Origin: Acidobacteriota bacterium
GTDB lineage: Bacteria; Acidobacteriota; Thermoanaerobaculia; Multivoradales; JBCCEF01
Reading direction: 5' to 3'
NCBI GenBank assembly: GCA_039030395.1
Contig: JBCCEF010000020.1
Coordinates: 17,364-81,363, forward strand
DNA: 64,000 bases
Shown here: in pieces, positions 42,071 to 52,400 of the stretch
Layout: each line of letters starts with the position of its first letter
Position numbering within the stretch: position 1 is the stretch's first letter
Position numbers and translations under genes: made by a program
The notes under the pieces: generated by a model
The model's database searches: none
What the model was told of the DNA's origin: nothing
What the model saw: the letters and a program-made list of their open reading frames with translations, nothing else

Positions 42071-44509
42071 ATGAACAGCAAATACCGCCTCATCGCCCTT
42101 CTCGTCGCCTTCGCCCTGCCGGCCGTGGGTGTCGCTCAGGACAACGGTGGCTGGACGACCGAAGAGAATCGAGACTCCGCCTACTCTACCGGTGACGATC
42201 TGGCCGACATCCCCGGCTACGACGGTACCTACAGCTACCTGCGGACTCTCGATGGATCGGCGACCCTGATTCCCGAGGAAGAAGAGGAGCGTTCTCAGGC
42301 GGAGATCAACCAGCCGGTACTGCGCGGAGACCGCCTATGGACCTCTCCCCGCTCGCGAGCTGAAGTCCTCCTGTCGGACGGCAATCTGCTGCGTCTGGAC
42401 GGCGACACGGAGGCCGTCTTCGACCGTCTCGCCTACTCGCCGGACACCGAAGATCGGGTCACCGAAGTCACCTTGCGCTTCGGCAATCTACAGTGGGTGG
42501 TGGTCGATGGTTCGATCGGCGATCACCTGCCGCGCCTGTTCACTCCCAACGCGGAAGTTCTGCTCAACGACTTCGGCTCCTACCGGGTGACCACCGAGGG
42601 CGGCGACTGGACCTCCGTGGTGGTGCGCGAGGGCGAGGCGGAAATCGTGACCGAGCGTGGCCGAATTCTGGTGCGCGACGGAGAAGAGGCCCTGGTGGAG
42701 GGCGCTGCCCGGCCGGACGCCCGCATCCGCACCGCCAGCGCCTACGACTCTCTCGAACGCTGGGGTGAGCATCTCGATACGGCCGAGGGCAGCGAGTACG
42801 TGGACGAGTCCTTGCGCTATGCCGCTGCGCCGCTCGACGACCATGGCGACTGGATCGAAGCCGACGGCCAACGGGCCTGGCGTCCGCGGGTGGGCAGCGA
42901 CTGGCGTCCGTACTGGCAGGGACGATGGCAGTCCACCCGCCTCGGCTTGACCTGGATCTCCTATGAACGCTGGGGCTGGGTGCCGTATCACTACGGCTCC
43001 TGGAGCCGGCACCACCACTATGGCTGGATCTGGTATCCGGGCTATCGCTTCGCTCCGGCTTGGGTGTACTGGCACTTCGGCGACCGCCACACGGCCTGGG
43101 TGCCGGTGGGCTACTACACCCGCCACTATCGCGGCCACCGGGCCTTCCGCCACGGCATCTACGGCTGGGCCGGCGGTGATTGGCACTACTACCGGGACTG
43201 GATCTTCTGCACCAACTCTTACTTCGGGTCGCGCTACCAGCGGCGCCATCACTACGACGGCTACGACTTTCAGCGGCACGTCGGCCACCGCGACATCCCG
43301 CGCGGCATCGTCACCACGGACACCCGCCACCTGCACCGCAAGCGGCTGCGGGATCCCGGCGCGGCGATCCGGGTGTTGCGCGACGGACCCAGGCGCAACG
43401 GCCGCGGGATCAACGTCAACGCGCAGTTGCCGGACATCACGCCCTTCGTGGCGCGGCGGGACGAGCTACCCGACGACGTGAAACAGCGCATCGTCGTGGA
43501 CGAGCGCCGCGGCCGCCGGCTGGCCGGCACGCCCCTCGCCCCCGGCTTGGCGGACACCGGCCCGCGGCTGGCGGACCATCCCGGCCGCCGCGCCGTCAAG
43601 CCCGGCGGACCGCGCACCGGCCTACCGCGCACCGGCGGCGCGCAACCGGACTCTCCGCGCGCCGTCTCGGTGGGGGTGACGGATCATCCAACGTCGGCCC
43701 GCGGTGTCAAGCCGCGGGTGACGAGGCCGGGGGCCGAGGGACCTCGCACCGTCAAGCCACGGACTGTCCGGCCGCCGGCCGAGCCTCGCGCCGACGGACC
43801 TTCCGTCCAGCGACCGAGGACGGTCAAGCCCCGCGCCGCCACCCCGCGCACCGGCACCGTCGACCGGCCGAGGACCGTCAAGCCCCGCGCTGCGACGCCG
43901 CGGGTCCAGAGCCCCCGGGCGGATCGGCCGCGCGCGACCAAACCGCGTGTCAGCACGCCCCGAACGGGTGCGCCGCGGGCGGCCACACCCCGCTCGGTCA
44001 ACCCTCGACCGCGAACGCAGAAGCCGCAGGTCCGGCAGCCGAGAGCGGCCACACCGTCGCCGGTGAAACCGCGCGCCGCCCAACCTCGCGCGGAGCGTCC
44101 CAAGGTGACCCCACGGTCGGCGTCGCGCACCCAGCCGGACCGTCCGCGGGCCAGCGCTCCGGTCAAAAAGGCGCCAACGTACCGGGCTCCTGCGGCGCCG
44201 CGCGTGCAGCCGCGCAAGCCGCAGGCTCGGTCGGCTCCCCGCACCTCGCCGCCGGTGAAGCGTTCGGCTCCGCGGGCTAGCGCGCCGCGGGCTAGCGCGC
44301 CCCGGACGAGTACTCCCCGAGCTAGCGCTCCGCGCAGTGCGCCGCGCAGCGCGCCCCGGGCTAGCACGCCCCGAGGCCAAGCACCTCGCGCTTCGGCCCC
44401 GCGGGGCGGAGGCGGCTCGAAGGCTCGTGCGTCGAGCGGCTCGTCTTCCAAGAAGGTACCGGCGCGGTCCGGCTCGAAGAGCCGGCCGCGCAGCAAGCCG
44501 CGCAACTGA
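42071..44509 (+). CDS. secreted FecR-like domain protein with a Trp/Tyr-rich central module and a ~330-aa basic Pro/Arg/Ala repeat tail
   Basis: A signal peptide is present (LIALLVAFALPAVGVAQD). A FecR-like segment follows (LRGDRLWTSPRSRAEVLLSDGNLLRLDGDTEAVF). The W/Y-rich block is YGWIWYPGYRFAPAWVYWHF. The tail is made of K/R-P-R-x-x-x-P-R units. Confidence 0.75.
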   Translation: MNSKYRLIALLVAFALPAVGVAQDNGGWTTEENRDSAYSTGDDLADIPGYDGTYSYLRTLDGSATLIPEEEEERSQAEINQPVLRGDRLWTSPRSRAEVLLSDGNLLRLDGDTEAVFDRLAYSPDTEDRVTEVTLRFGNLQWVVVDGSIGDHLPRLFTPNAEVLLNDFGSYRVTTEGGDWTSVVVREGEAEIVTERGRILVRDGEEALVEGAARPDARIRTASAYDSLERWGEHLDTAEGSEYVDESLRYAAAPLDDHGDWIEADGQRAWRPRVGSDWRPYWQGRWQSTRLGLTWISYERWGWVPYHYGSWSRHHHYGWIWYPGYRFAPAWVYWHFGDRHTAWVPVGYYTRHYRGHRAFRHGIYGWAGGDWHYYRDWIFCTNSYFGSRYQRRHHYDGYDFQRHVGHRDIPRGIVTTDTRHLHRKRLRDPGAAIRVLRDGPRRNGRGINVNAQLPDITPFVARRDELPDDVKQRIVVDERRGRRLAGTPLAPGLADTGPRLADHPGRRAVKPGGPRTGLPRTGGAQPDSPRAVSVGVTDHPTSARGVKPRVTRPGAEGPRTVKPRTVRPPAEPRADGPSVQRPRTVKPRAATPRTGTVDRPRTVKPRAATPRVQSPRADRPRATKPRVSTPRTGAPRAATPRSVNPRPRTQKPQVRQPRAATPSPVKPRAAQPRAERPKVTPRSASRTQPDRPRASAPVKKAPTYRAPAAPRVQPRKPQARSAPRTSPPVKRSAPRASAPRASAPRTSTPRASAPRSAPRSAPRASTPRGQAPRASAPRGGGGSKARASSGSSSKKVPARSGSKSRPRSKPRN
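43510..44509 (+). repeat. in-frame degenerate tandem repeats encoding (P-R-x-x-x-[KA]-P-R)n
   Basis: The peptide RPRTVKPRAATPR is encoded twice within ~50 nt (about 43810 and 43861). The run APRASAPRASAPRTSTPRASAPRSAPRSAPRASTPRGQAPRASAPR is encoded at about 44270-44410. Confidence 0.7.
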
Positions 44510-44612
44510 GCCATCGGACAATCCGCTGGGTCCTATCGCGACGGAAATGCACGGTGCGATAGGACCGGCCACTCCCTAAGCACGTGCGGGTCGAGCTACA
44601 ATCCGCAGCGGC

Positions 44613-44876
44613 ATGAATTCCAATGCGTTTTACCTCGTCTTCTTCATGATCTACTGCGCCGAGGCCGGGATCTTCCTGCTCTTGGCGCCCTGGAACGCCG
44701 TGTGGGACCGCACCGTGGTGCAGCTCGCCTACCCCACCCTGCAAGATCTCTTTCTGGCGCCGACCTTTCGCGGCGCCGTCAGCGGATTCGGAGCGATTCA
44801 TCTCGTGTGGGTGGCCCACGACCTCGCTCGCCTTTTCGACCGCCGCCGCCGGATGCGGGCGATGCGCGAGTCTTGA
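44613..44876 (+). CDS. small membrane protein (87 aa)
   Basis: Two hydrophobic segments are present (FYLVFFMIYCAEAGIFLLLAPW and GAVSGFGAIHLVWVAHDL). The stop overlaps the probable TTG start of the next gene. Confidence 0.5.
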   Translation: MNSNAFYLVFFMIYCAEAGIFLLLAPWNAVWDRTVVQLAYPTLQDLFLAPTFRGAVSGFGAIHLVWVAHDLARLFDRRRRMRAMRES

Positions 44877-45484
44877 CCCCCCGCCTGCTGGCCATCAGCG
44901 ATCGCCGAAGGCTGGATGGGCGATCTTGGCAGGACTGGATCGCTGATCTCGCAAGGTCCGGTGTCGAGGGTCTCCAGATTCGGGAGAAGGATCTCGACGA
45001 CCGAGGGATCCTGGCGTTGGCCGAAAGCGCCCGCCGCAGCAACCTCGGACTGTGGATCAACGGGCGGGCGGACATCGCCTGGATCGCCGCGGCGGAGGGA
45101 GTGCACCTGCCGGTTCGTGGCGTATCGGCGGCGGCCCTCCGAGAGCGCTTCGGAGAGGGCCTCTCCCTCGGTTGCTCGACCCACGACCTGCGGGAGGTCG
45201 AGGCCGCCCGCGATGCGGGCGCCGACTTCGTCACCTTCGGACCGGTTTTCTCCACTCCCGGCAAGGGTGAGTCCACGGGCCTCGACGGCCTGGCGGCCGC
45301 CGTCGAATTGGGCCTACCGGTCCTTGCCCTCGGCGGCGTGATGCCAGAAAGGCTGGACGAGGTCCGAGCGACCGGGGCGCACGGAGTGGCCGGCATCCGG
45401 GTATTCCATGATCGAGCAGCCTTGAGCCGGCTGGTAGAGGCCTGGAAGAGGCTGGCATCGGATGGATCAGACCGACCAGCCTAG
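44873..45484 (+). CDS. thiE: thiamine-phosphate synthase family protein
   Basis: It carries LQIREKDL, WINGRADIAWIAAAEGVHLP, LGCSTHDLREVEAA...GADFVTFGPVFSTPGK and LPVLALGG. The start is uncertain (TTG 44873 in a TTGA overlap); the longer ORF-track N-terminus is Arg/Pro-rich. Confidence 0.7.
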   Translation: MTPRLLAISDRRRLDGRSWQDWIADLARSGVEGLQIREKDLDDRGILALAESARRSNLGLWINGRADIAWIAAAEGVHLPVRGVSAAALRERFGEGLSLGCSTHDLREVEAARDAGADFVTFGPVFSTPGKGESTGLDGLAAAVELGLPVLALGGVMPERLDEVRATGAHGVAGIRVFHDRAALSRLVEAWKRLASDGSDRPA

Positions 45485-45585
45485 CGTCGTCCCCTGCGAC
45501 CGAGGCCCCTAACTAGGAACGGCAACAGGGCGGCTGAAACCATCGGCCGAAGGCCCTTCTCAGCAACCTGCTAGCATCCCCGGCC

Positions 45586-46071
45586 ATGGAAGGACTGCGC
45601 CGCAAAATCCCGTTCTTGGCCATCACCCTGTTGGTTGTCGCCCTCGATCGCTGGACCAAGAAGTGGATCGAAGGTGATTTCACCCTCGGCGAATCCCGCG
45701 AGGTGATCGCCGGCTTCTTCGACCTGGTCTACCGCAAGAACACCGGCGCCGCCTTCGGCCTCTTTGCGCGTCCCGAAGCCGGCGAAACGTCGTGGTTGTT
45801 GATCGCGATCGGAATGCTGGCGCTGGTCGCCGTGGCCGTCTACTTTGTGGTGGCCTCGCCTGAGGCGACGGCTCTCCTCACGGCCCTCGCGCTGGTCCTG
45901 GGTGGTGCCATCGGCAACCTGATCGACCGCCTGGCGCAGGGAGCCGTGACGGATTTCCTGGAGTTCTACGTCGGCACCTACTATTGGCCGGCTTTCAATG
46001 TGGCGGACAGCGCGATCACCGTCGGCATTGTGCTGTTGGCAATCGATTCCTTCCGTTCTCGTGACCAGTAA
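45586..46071 (+). CDS. lspA: lipoprotein signal peptidase II
   Basis: It carries DRWTKKW, FFDLVYRKNTGAAFG, GGAIGNLIDRL..GAVTDFL and WPAFNVADSAI. Confidence 0.95.
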   Translation: MEGLRRKIPFLAITLLVVALDRWTKKWIEGDFTLGESREVIAGFFDLVYRKNTGAAFGLFARPEAGETSWLLIAIGMLALVAVAVYFVVASPEATALLTALALVLGGAIGNLIDRLAQGAVTDFLEFYVGTYYWPAFNVADSAITVGIVLLAIDSFRSRDQ

Positions 46072-47026
46072 CGAGCGGCGCTGGAGGGTGCCGGAAGGCG
46101 CCGCCGGCGATCGCCTGGACCGCCACGCGGCGGCCGAACTCGACGAAAGCCGCAACCGCGTCCAGCGCTGGATCTCCGAAGGGCGCCTGACCCTCGACGC
46201 CCGAACGGTCCGACCCTCTCATCCTCTGCAGGGCGGCGAGGTGCTGCACCTGACCAGGCCGCAGCCGGTGGATTCGCGGGTGCGGCCGGAAGCCGGCGAT
46301 CTCGCCCTGCTGTTCGAAGACGAGCACCTGGTGGTGCTCGACAAACCCGCCGGCCAAATCGTGCATCCGGGAGCCGGTCATGCCTCCGGCACCCTCGCCA
46401 ACCTGCTGCTCGATCGGTATCCGGAGATGGCCGGGGTCGGCGGCGAGGGCCGGCCCGGCATCGTGCATCGGCTGGATCGCGACACCAGCGGCGTGATGGT
46501 GGTGGCCAAGACCCAGGCGGCCTATCGCGGGCTGACGGACGATTTCGCTGGCCGACGGGTGGACAAGCACTACTTGGCGGTGGTCTACGGCGATCCCGGG
46601 CCAAAAGGCGAGATCTCCGCCCCGATCCGCCGGCACCGGACAAGGCGCAAGGAGATGGCCGTCGGCCCGGGCGGCCGGCCGGCCCGCACCCTCTACCGCA
46701 CCTTGTCGACGGCGGAAGGGGTGTCGCTGCTCAAGATTCGGTTGGAAACCGGCCGCACCCACCAGATTCGCGTGCACTTCAAGTACGCGGGCCATCCGCT
46801 GGTCGGCGACCCGGTCTACGGGGAGAACCGCTGGCGCGGTCTCAGCCGCCCCCGACGGCGCCACCTCGCCACCTTCCCGCGACCGGCACTCCACGCCCGA
46901 ACCCTCGCCTTTTCGCACCCGGTCACGGACGCTCGGCAGGTGTACACGGCTCCCCTACCGGACGACTTCATCAAGCTATGGGAAGGCTGGACCGGCGGCC
47001 CAATGCCGGACGATGCTGCGAGCTAG
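46061..47026 (+). CDS. rluD: RluA-family 23S rRNA pseudouridine synthase (RluD-like)
   Basis: An S4-like N-terminus is present (RLDRHAAAEL..SRNRVQRWISEGRLTLD). It also carries HRLDRDTSGVMVVAK and TGRTHQIRVH. A GTG start at 46061 overlaps the end of lspA. Confidence 0.9.
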   Translation: MTSNERRWRVPEGAAGDRLDRHAAAELDESRNRVQRWISEGRLTLDARTVRPSHPLQGGEVLHLTRPQPVDSRVRPEAGDLALLFEDEHLVVLDKPAGQIVHPGAGHASGTLANLLLDRYPEMAGVGGEGRPGIVHRLDRDTSGVMVVAKTQAAYRGLTDDFAGRRVDKHYLAVVYGDPGPKGEISAPIRRHRTRRKEMAVGPGGRPARTLYRTLSTAEGVSLLKIRLETGRTHQIRVHFKYAGHPLVGDPVYGENRWRGLSRPRRRHLATFPRPALHARTLAFSHPVTDARQVYTAPLPDDFIKLWEGWTGGPMPDDAAS

Positions 47027-47040
47027 GACGCAGGCTCGTT

Positions 47041-48156
47041 CTACGTCAGTAGCTCGGGCAAGGACTGAAACGGACGGCCTTGAGATTCCGCCACCGGCAG
47101 GCAGGTGATGTGGCCGCGGAAGGTGTTCACCCCTTCGGCGAGTCCCGGATCGCTCTCGATGGAGGCTTCGACGCCGCGCGTCGCGAGGGCGCGGGCATAG
47201 GGCAAGGTGGCGTTGTTCAGCGCGATGGTGGAGGTGCGGGGCACCGCGCCGGGCATGTTGGCGACGCAGTAGTGCACCACGCCATCGACTTCGAACACCG
47301 GATCCGAGTGGGTGGTCGGATGGGTGGTTTCAAAGCATCCGCCCTGGTCGACGGCGACGTCCACCACCACGGATCCTCTCTTCATCAGCGAGAGCATCTG
47401 GCGGGTCACCAGCTTGGGGGCCGCCCGGCCGGGGATCAGTACCGCGCCGATCAGGAGATCCGCCCGGCCGAGGGCGGACATCAGATTATGCGGGTTGCTC
47501 GCCAGGGTGGTGACGTCGCCGCGGAAGATGTTGTCGAGGAAGCGGGCTCGGTCGAGGCTGGCTTCGAGCACCGTCACCCGCGCGCCCAGGCCCAAGGCCA
47601 TCTTGGCGGCATTCAGACCGACGATGCCGCCGCCGATGATCACCACGTCACCGGGCGGCACGCCGGGCACACCGGGCAGCAGGGTGCCGCGGCCGCCGTA
47701 AGGCTTCTGCAGAAAGCTCGCCCCGGCCAGAACGGACATGCGGCCGGCGACCTCGGACATCGGGGTCAAGAGCGGCAGGCCGCCGCTGCGGTCGGTAATG
47801 GTCTCGTAAGCGATGCCCGTAACCCTGCCCTCGAGAAGGGCATCGGTCAGTTCCGGCAGCGGCGCGAGGTGGAGGTAGGTGAAGAGGATCTGCTCCCGCT
47901 GCATGCGATCGTACTCTTCGGCTACCGGCTCCTTGACTTTGATGATCATCTCCGACCGGGACCACACCTCTTCCGCCGAAGCCACCATCGTGCCGCCGGC
48001 TTCGATGTACTCCTGGTCCTCGAAGCCGCTGCCGTTCCCGGCTCCCACCTGCACCATCACGTCGTGGCCGTCCTCGACCAGCGCGTGAACTCCCGCCGGA
48101 ATCATTCCGACGCGGTACTCGTGATCCTTGATCTCTGTCGGTATCCCGATCTTCAA
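47041..48156 (-). CDS. ald: alanine dehydrogenase
   Basis: It begins [23 protein letters not shown] and carries [22 protein letters not shown] (Rossmann fold). The start is TTG, in a TTGA overlap with the bactofilin stop. Confidence 0.95.
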   Translation of the reverse strand: MKIGIPTEIKDHEYRVGMIPAGVHALVEDGHDVMVQVGAGNGSGFEDQEYIEAGGTMVASAEEVWSRSEMIIKVKEPVAEEYDRMQREQILFTYLHLAPLPELTDALLEGRVTGIAYETITDRSGGLPLLTPMSEVAGRMSVLAGASFLQKPYGGRGTLLPGVPGVPPGDVVIIGGGIVGLNAAKMALGLGARVTVLEASLDRARFLDNIFRGDVTTLASNPHNLMSALGRADLLIGAVLIPGRAAPKLVTRQMLSLMKRGSVVVDVAVDQGGCFETTHPTTHSDPVFEVDGVVHYCVANMPGAVPRTSTIALNNATLPYARALATRGVEASIESDPGLAEGVNTFRGHITCLPVAESQGRPFQSLPELLT

Positions 48157-48647
48157 GACGCTCTCCCTTTCGCCGTGGACTCCCCCGCCGCGGCGCCGGC
48201 CTGAGTCCCCATCTCCACACTTCCTTTGAAGAAGGCACCCTCCGAAATGATCACCCGCGGCGCCGCCAGGTCGCCTTCGACCTTGCCGGAGGCGAGGACC
48301 TCCACCCGTTCGAGGCCGGACACGTTGCCTTTGACCTGGCCGGCCACCTGCACCGAACGGGCCGAGACGTTGCCTTGCACTTGACCGCTGGCGCCGACCA
48401 GCACTTCCGCGTCGACTTGGATTTCTCCCTTCAGGGTGCCTTCCACCTGCACCCGAGTGCCGCCCCCGATCTCGCCGGAGATCCGGGTTCCCGGCGCGAT
48501 CAGGGTGATTGCCGAAGGGCTGTGGGCGGCCGGGCCGGTCGCTGTCCGCCGGCTAGCGGACGAATTCTCGGTTGAGCGGCTGGCCGGCTTCGCCGGAGGC
48601 GTGGTCTCTCTAGGGGATGGATCCTGGTCGCGGCGGAAGATCGACAT
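48153..48647 (-). CDS. bactofilin family cytoskeletal protein
   Basis: A repetitive beta-helix segment is present ([56 protein letters not shown]...GKVEGDL), with a disordered N-terminus. Confidence 0.85.
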   Translation of the reverse strand: MSIFRRDQDPSPRETTPPAKPASRSTENSSASRRTATGPAAHSPSAITLIAPGTRISGEIGGGTRVQVEGTLKGEIQVDAEVLVGASGQVQGNVSARSVQVAGQVKGNVSGLERVEVLASGKVEGDLAAPRVIISEGAFFKGSVEMGTQAGAAAGESTAKGRAS

Positions 48648-48811
48648 CGAAAGGCCCTTTCACCTCAGGCCACAGGCAGCATCTAGAAGAGGCCTGCGGG
48701 CGGAGGTTTCCGTTGACTGGAGTCTGTTGATTCGGGGAGTCCGTAAGCTCGGCCTAATGGTTCCGGGACGGCAAAGGGTAAGCCCTGTTCTGCGTCGTCT
48801 CGATCGGTTGC

Positions 48812-48887
48812 TGGAGCGGGCAACGGGACTCGAACCCGCGACATCAAGCTTGGGAAGCTTGCACTCTACCAACTGAGTTATGCCCGC
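48812..48887 (-). tRNA. tRNA-Gly (CCC), CCA encoded
   Basis: The reverse complement is gcgggca-ta-actc-agttggta-gagt-g-caagc-ttCCCaa-gcttg-atgtc-gcggg-ttcgagt-cccgt-tgcccgc-t-cca. Confidence 0.95.
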
Positions 48888-49013
48888 ATGGAAACCGTTC
48901 AGCTCGAGCAATCTAGCGGATGCCGAGGCGGATGGTCAAGGAGCCAAAAGGTCGCGAATTGCATCTCATCGCCGCGCCGGCCCCGGCCCGCGGGCTGCTA
49001 TACTGATGGCGTC

Positions 49014-49343
49014 ATGGATGCCTCCGGAAAGACCCCAGCGAAAAACCACAGCGCCAAGGATCACGGCGGCGAATCGGCCACCCCCGAAGCCTCGGAGGAG
49101 CCGCTCTACTTCTTTCCGGACCGCGAGGTGATGGAAGAGGAGTTGCGGGCGATCCTGGAGGAGGGGCCGGAGGATCAGCGTGCCTGGGCCATTTCCCACC
49201 TTCTGCGCTACGCCCAGTGGGACGACATCTGGACGTATGTCACCCGCGACGAGGTGCGCGAGATTTTCGCTACCCTCGACCTGCCGGAAAGCCTCAGCCA
49301 GGCCTGGGGTCGGATGCTCAAGATCGAAGCGCCGGTCGGATAG
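49014..49343 (+). CDS. small acidic hypothetical protein (109 aa)
   Basis: The ORF is coding-like from ATG 49014 (…EEPLYFFPDREVMEEELRAILEEGPEDQRAWAISHLLRYAQWDDIW…). The upstream part of the ORF-track entry overlaps the tRNA. Confidence 0.5.
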   Translation: MDASGKTPAKNHSAKDHGGESATPEASEEPLYFFPDREVMEEELRAILEEGPEDQRAWAISHLLRYAQWDDIWTYVTRDEVREIFATLDLPESLSQAWGRMLKIEAPVG

Positions 49344-49464
49344 CGGACCGGCATTCCCCGGCCGGAAGGGGCCGCCACTCCGCCCACCTTGATGGTCGAC
49401 TTCGTTGGATAGGTGCGGTGGTGAGGTCGTGTGCCATCAACCCCAGCGGACGGAGCGCTCCTCT

Positions 49465-52400
49465 TCAAAGTACGCCCAATGATTCGCCGACCTGCGCTCC
49501 TGCCTTCGTCTCCGGATTCCCTGAGCGCCGACCGCCGAGGGCTCTGCGCAGATCTTCGAAGATCATTTGAGACAACGGCAGCACCACCAGGGTGATGGCG
49601 GTGGCTGCGAGGATGCCATAGGCGATGGAAACCGCCGCCGGGATGAGGTACTGGGCGTGCTCCGACGTTTCTAAGATGAGCGGCGCCAGGCCGGCGAAGG
49701 TGGTAACGGACGTCAGGCAGATCGCCCGCAAGCGATCGCTTCCAGCGCTCAGCCAGGCATCGAGGTCCTTCTGGCCCGCCCTGCGTTTCGCGTTGAAGGT
49801 GGCAACGAGCAGCAGGCTGTCGTTGACCACGATGCCGGAAAGCGCCAGCAGTCCGAAGAACGAGAGAATGCTCATCGGCAAGCCGTGCAACCAATGGCCG
49901 AAGATGGCGCCCAGGACCCCGAAGGGGATGACCGCCATGATCAGGATGGGTTGGGAATACGATCGAAGGGGGATCGCGATCAGGGCGAAGATGGCCGCCA
50001 AGGCCAGCAGCAGCGTCCAGGCGATGGAAGCACTGGTTTCGGCGATCTCCGCCAACTCCCCGCGCTGCTCGATGGTGAGGCCCGGGAAACGACGCCGCAG
50101 GTCGGGCAGCAACGCCTCCTCAAGGGAAACCATGGCCGCCTCCGGTGACGTGCGGTCTCGGTCGACGAAGGCGTCCAGAATGCCGACCCGCTGGCCGTCG
50201 ACTCGAGTGATCTCGGGCGGCGCCGGTCGGTGGTGGGCATCCGCCACCAGAGAGAGTGGCACGGCCTCACCGGAAGGCAATCGAATGCGGCTCTGGGTGA
50301 GGTCCTGTGCATCCCGACGGTCCGTCGCCGGGTAGCGCACGCGGACGCGGACTTCTTCGTTGCCGCGCTGGAAACGCTGCACTTCGTAGCCGAGGAAGGC
50401 GCGCTGCAGTTGGTCCGAGAGCTCCGCGGTGCGGAGCCCGAGGGCTCGCCCTTGTGGGGTGAGCTCGAGGCTCAGCTCGGAGCGTCCAGGGGCCAGGTTG
50501 TCCCGCAGATCCTGCACGCCGGGCGTGGCCTGCAGATGGTCGACGATCGCCAGGTGTGCCGCGCGTAGGGACGCCTCGTCCGGCGCGCTGATTTCCAGGC
50601 TGATCGGAGGAAACGCGTCGAAGGCCGCGGAAAAGATGATGGTCTTGGCGCCTTCGAGGGCACCGGTCTCGGTACGCCAAGCGTCGGCGACTTCCTTCGG
50701 CGTGACGCCGAGCTTTCCTGCCGAGAGCTCCACCAGAACTTCTCCACTACGGTCGCCGGTCATATGGGTCTGCACAGCCGCCAGCAGGTTCTCGACACCG
50801 CCCTCGCGACCCAAGCGCTGCGCCACACGCTCGAGCGAGCGCTCAAGGTGTGTGAGGTTCCTTGCGGTGAGCCCATGACCGGCGGTCTCCTCCATGGTGA
50901 GGGTTGCGGTGACCAACTCACCGGGGATGTCCGGAAAGAAGGTCGACCGCACGAATCCCGCCGCCACCAAGCCTAGGGATCCGGCGGTGACGAGCAGGAT
51001 GATCAGGAGGCTGAGGTATCGCCGCCGCAAGGCCCGGGAGAGCAAGGCCCGATACCCGTCGCCAAGGCGGTCGAAGAAGCGGCTGACCGCGCGCTGCAAT
51101 GCGGCGAACAAGCGCCCGGGGGCAGAACGCGGCGGGTCACCCAGCCGCAGATGCGCCAGATGGGCCGGCAGGACGAACTTCGATTCTACGACCGAAAAGA
51201 GCAAGCATCCCGCCGTCACCAGAGCGAACTGGGTGAAGACGAGGCCGAAGTCGCCCTTCACCAGACCGAGCACCGAGAAGGCTGCAACGGTCGTCAGCAC
51301 GCCGAAAATGGTGGGTACCGCCACTTTGTGGACACCACGCACGGCGCTCGCCAGAGAGTTGCCCTCTCGTAGCTTGTAGGTGTGGATGCTCTCGCCCACC
51401 ACCACAGCGTCGTCCACCACGATTCCGAGGGCGACGATCATGCCGAAGGTGGTGAGGTCGTTCAGGGAAAGGCCGAAGCCGCGCATCACCAGGAAAGCTC
51501 CGCCGAACGCCACCGGCAGCCCCATGGCTACCCAGAACGCGATGCGCCGATCGAGCGTCAGCGCGAGCACCGCAAAGACCAGCGCCATGCCGACGAGGGC
51601 ATTGCCTCGAAGCAGGCCAATGCGGGAAGAAATCTGCTCGCTGCGGTCATGCCAGGTGTCGAGGTCGACACCTCGTGGCAGGCGGCCGCTCTCATACCAG
51701 CGCTCGATCACCTCGTGGACGGCTTGGCTCACACGGTCGGTGCTGGTGGCCGCATCCTTGAAGACCTGCAGGCCGATCGAAGGCTGGCCGTCAAAGCGCA
51801 TGAAACGCCTCGGCGCATCCCCGTAGGAGGCGCTCACCGTCGCGATGTCGCCGACGGTCAAGAGGCTGCCGTCGGCATGCGTGCGGACCATCAATCGGGC
51901 CACCTCGCCGGCCCAGTTGGCACGGCGCGCCGCGCGCAGACTGAGGTCACCCTCAGGGCTCCTCAGCCTACCGCTCAGGTCGATGAGTGACTCCCGGTCG
52001 ATGGCTGTCGCCATGTCCTCGAGAGTCAGGCCGTACTCGGCGAGGGAATCATCGTCGACCTCCACGTGCACTTCCGGAGAGAGGTTGCCGACGCGATCCA
52101 CCCGGTCGATGTCGGGATGGGCCAGAAGGTCCCGCCACAGATCATGGGCGATGCGCTCGAGCACCCCATGGTCGACCTCGCCGGAGACCTGTGCCCGAAT
52201 CACCCGGTCGTCGGTCCGCTGCTTCTCGAGGATCGGCCGCTCGGCGCGGAGCGGCAAGTTCGGTACGGCGTCGACCCGGGCCTTGACGTCGGCGAGTAGG
52301 AGGTCGAGATCCACACCCGAAGCCTTCTCGATGGTCATCGTGACGCCGTCGGCCCGGGCCACGGAAGAGATTCTCTGGATACCCGGTGTGCCACGCAGGC

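Noticed and set aside
43510-44509. The repeat region as a CRISPR array or non-coding tandem repeat
   Set aside because: The repeats are degenerate, lack unique spacers of regular length, and are in frame with the upstream FecR-like ORF. They encode a Pro/Arg-rich tail.
44520-44612. An 11-bp hairpin (ggtcctatcgc...gcgataggacc) after the FecR-like gene, considered as a riboswitch or ncRNA
   Set aside because: It is a single simple hairpin with a 16-nt loop and no conserved riboswitch core. For example, there is no TPP-riboswitch CUGAGA element, even though thiE lies downstream. It is most likely just a terminator-like structure.
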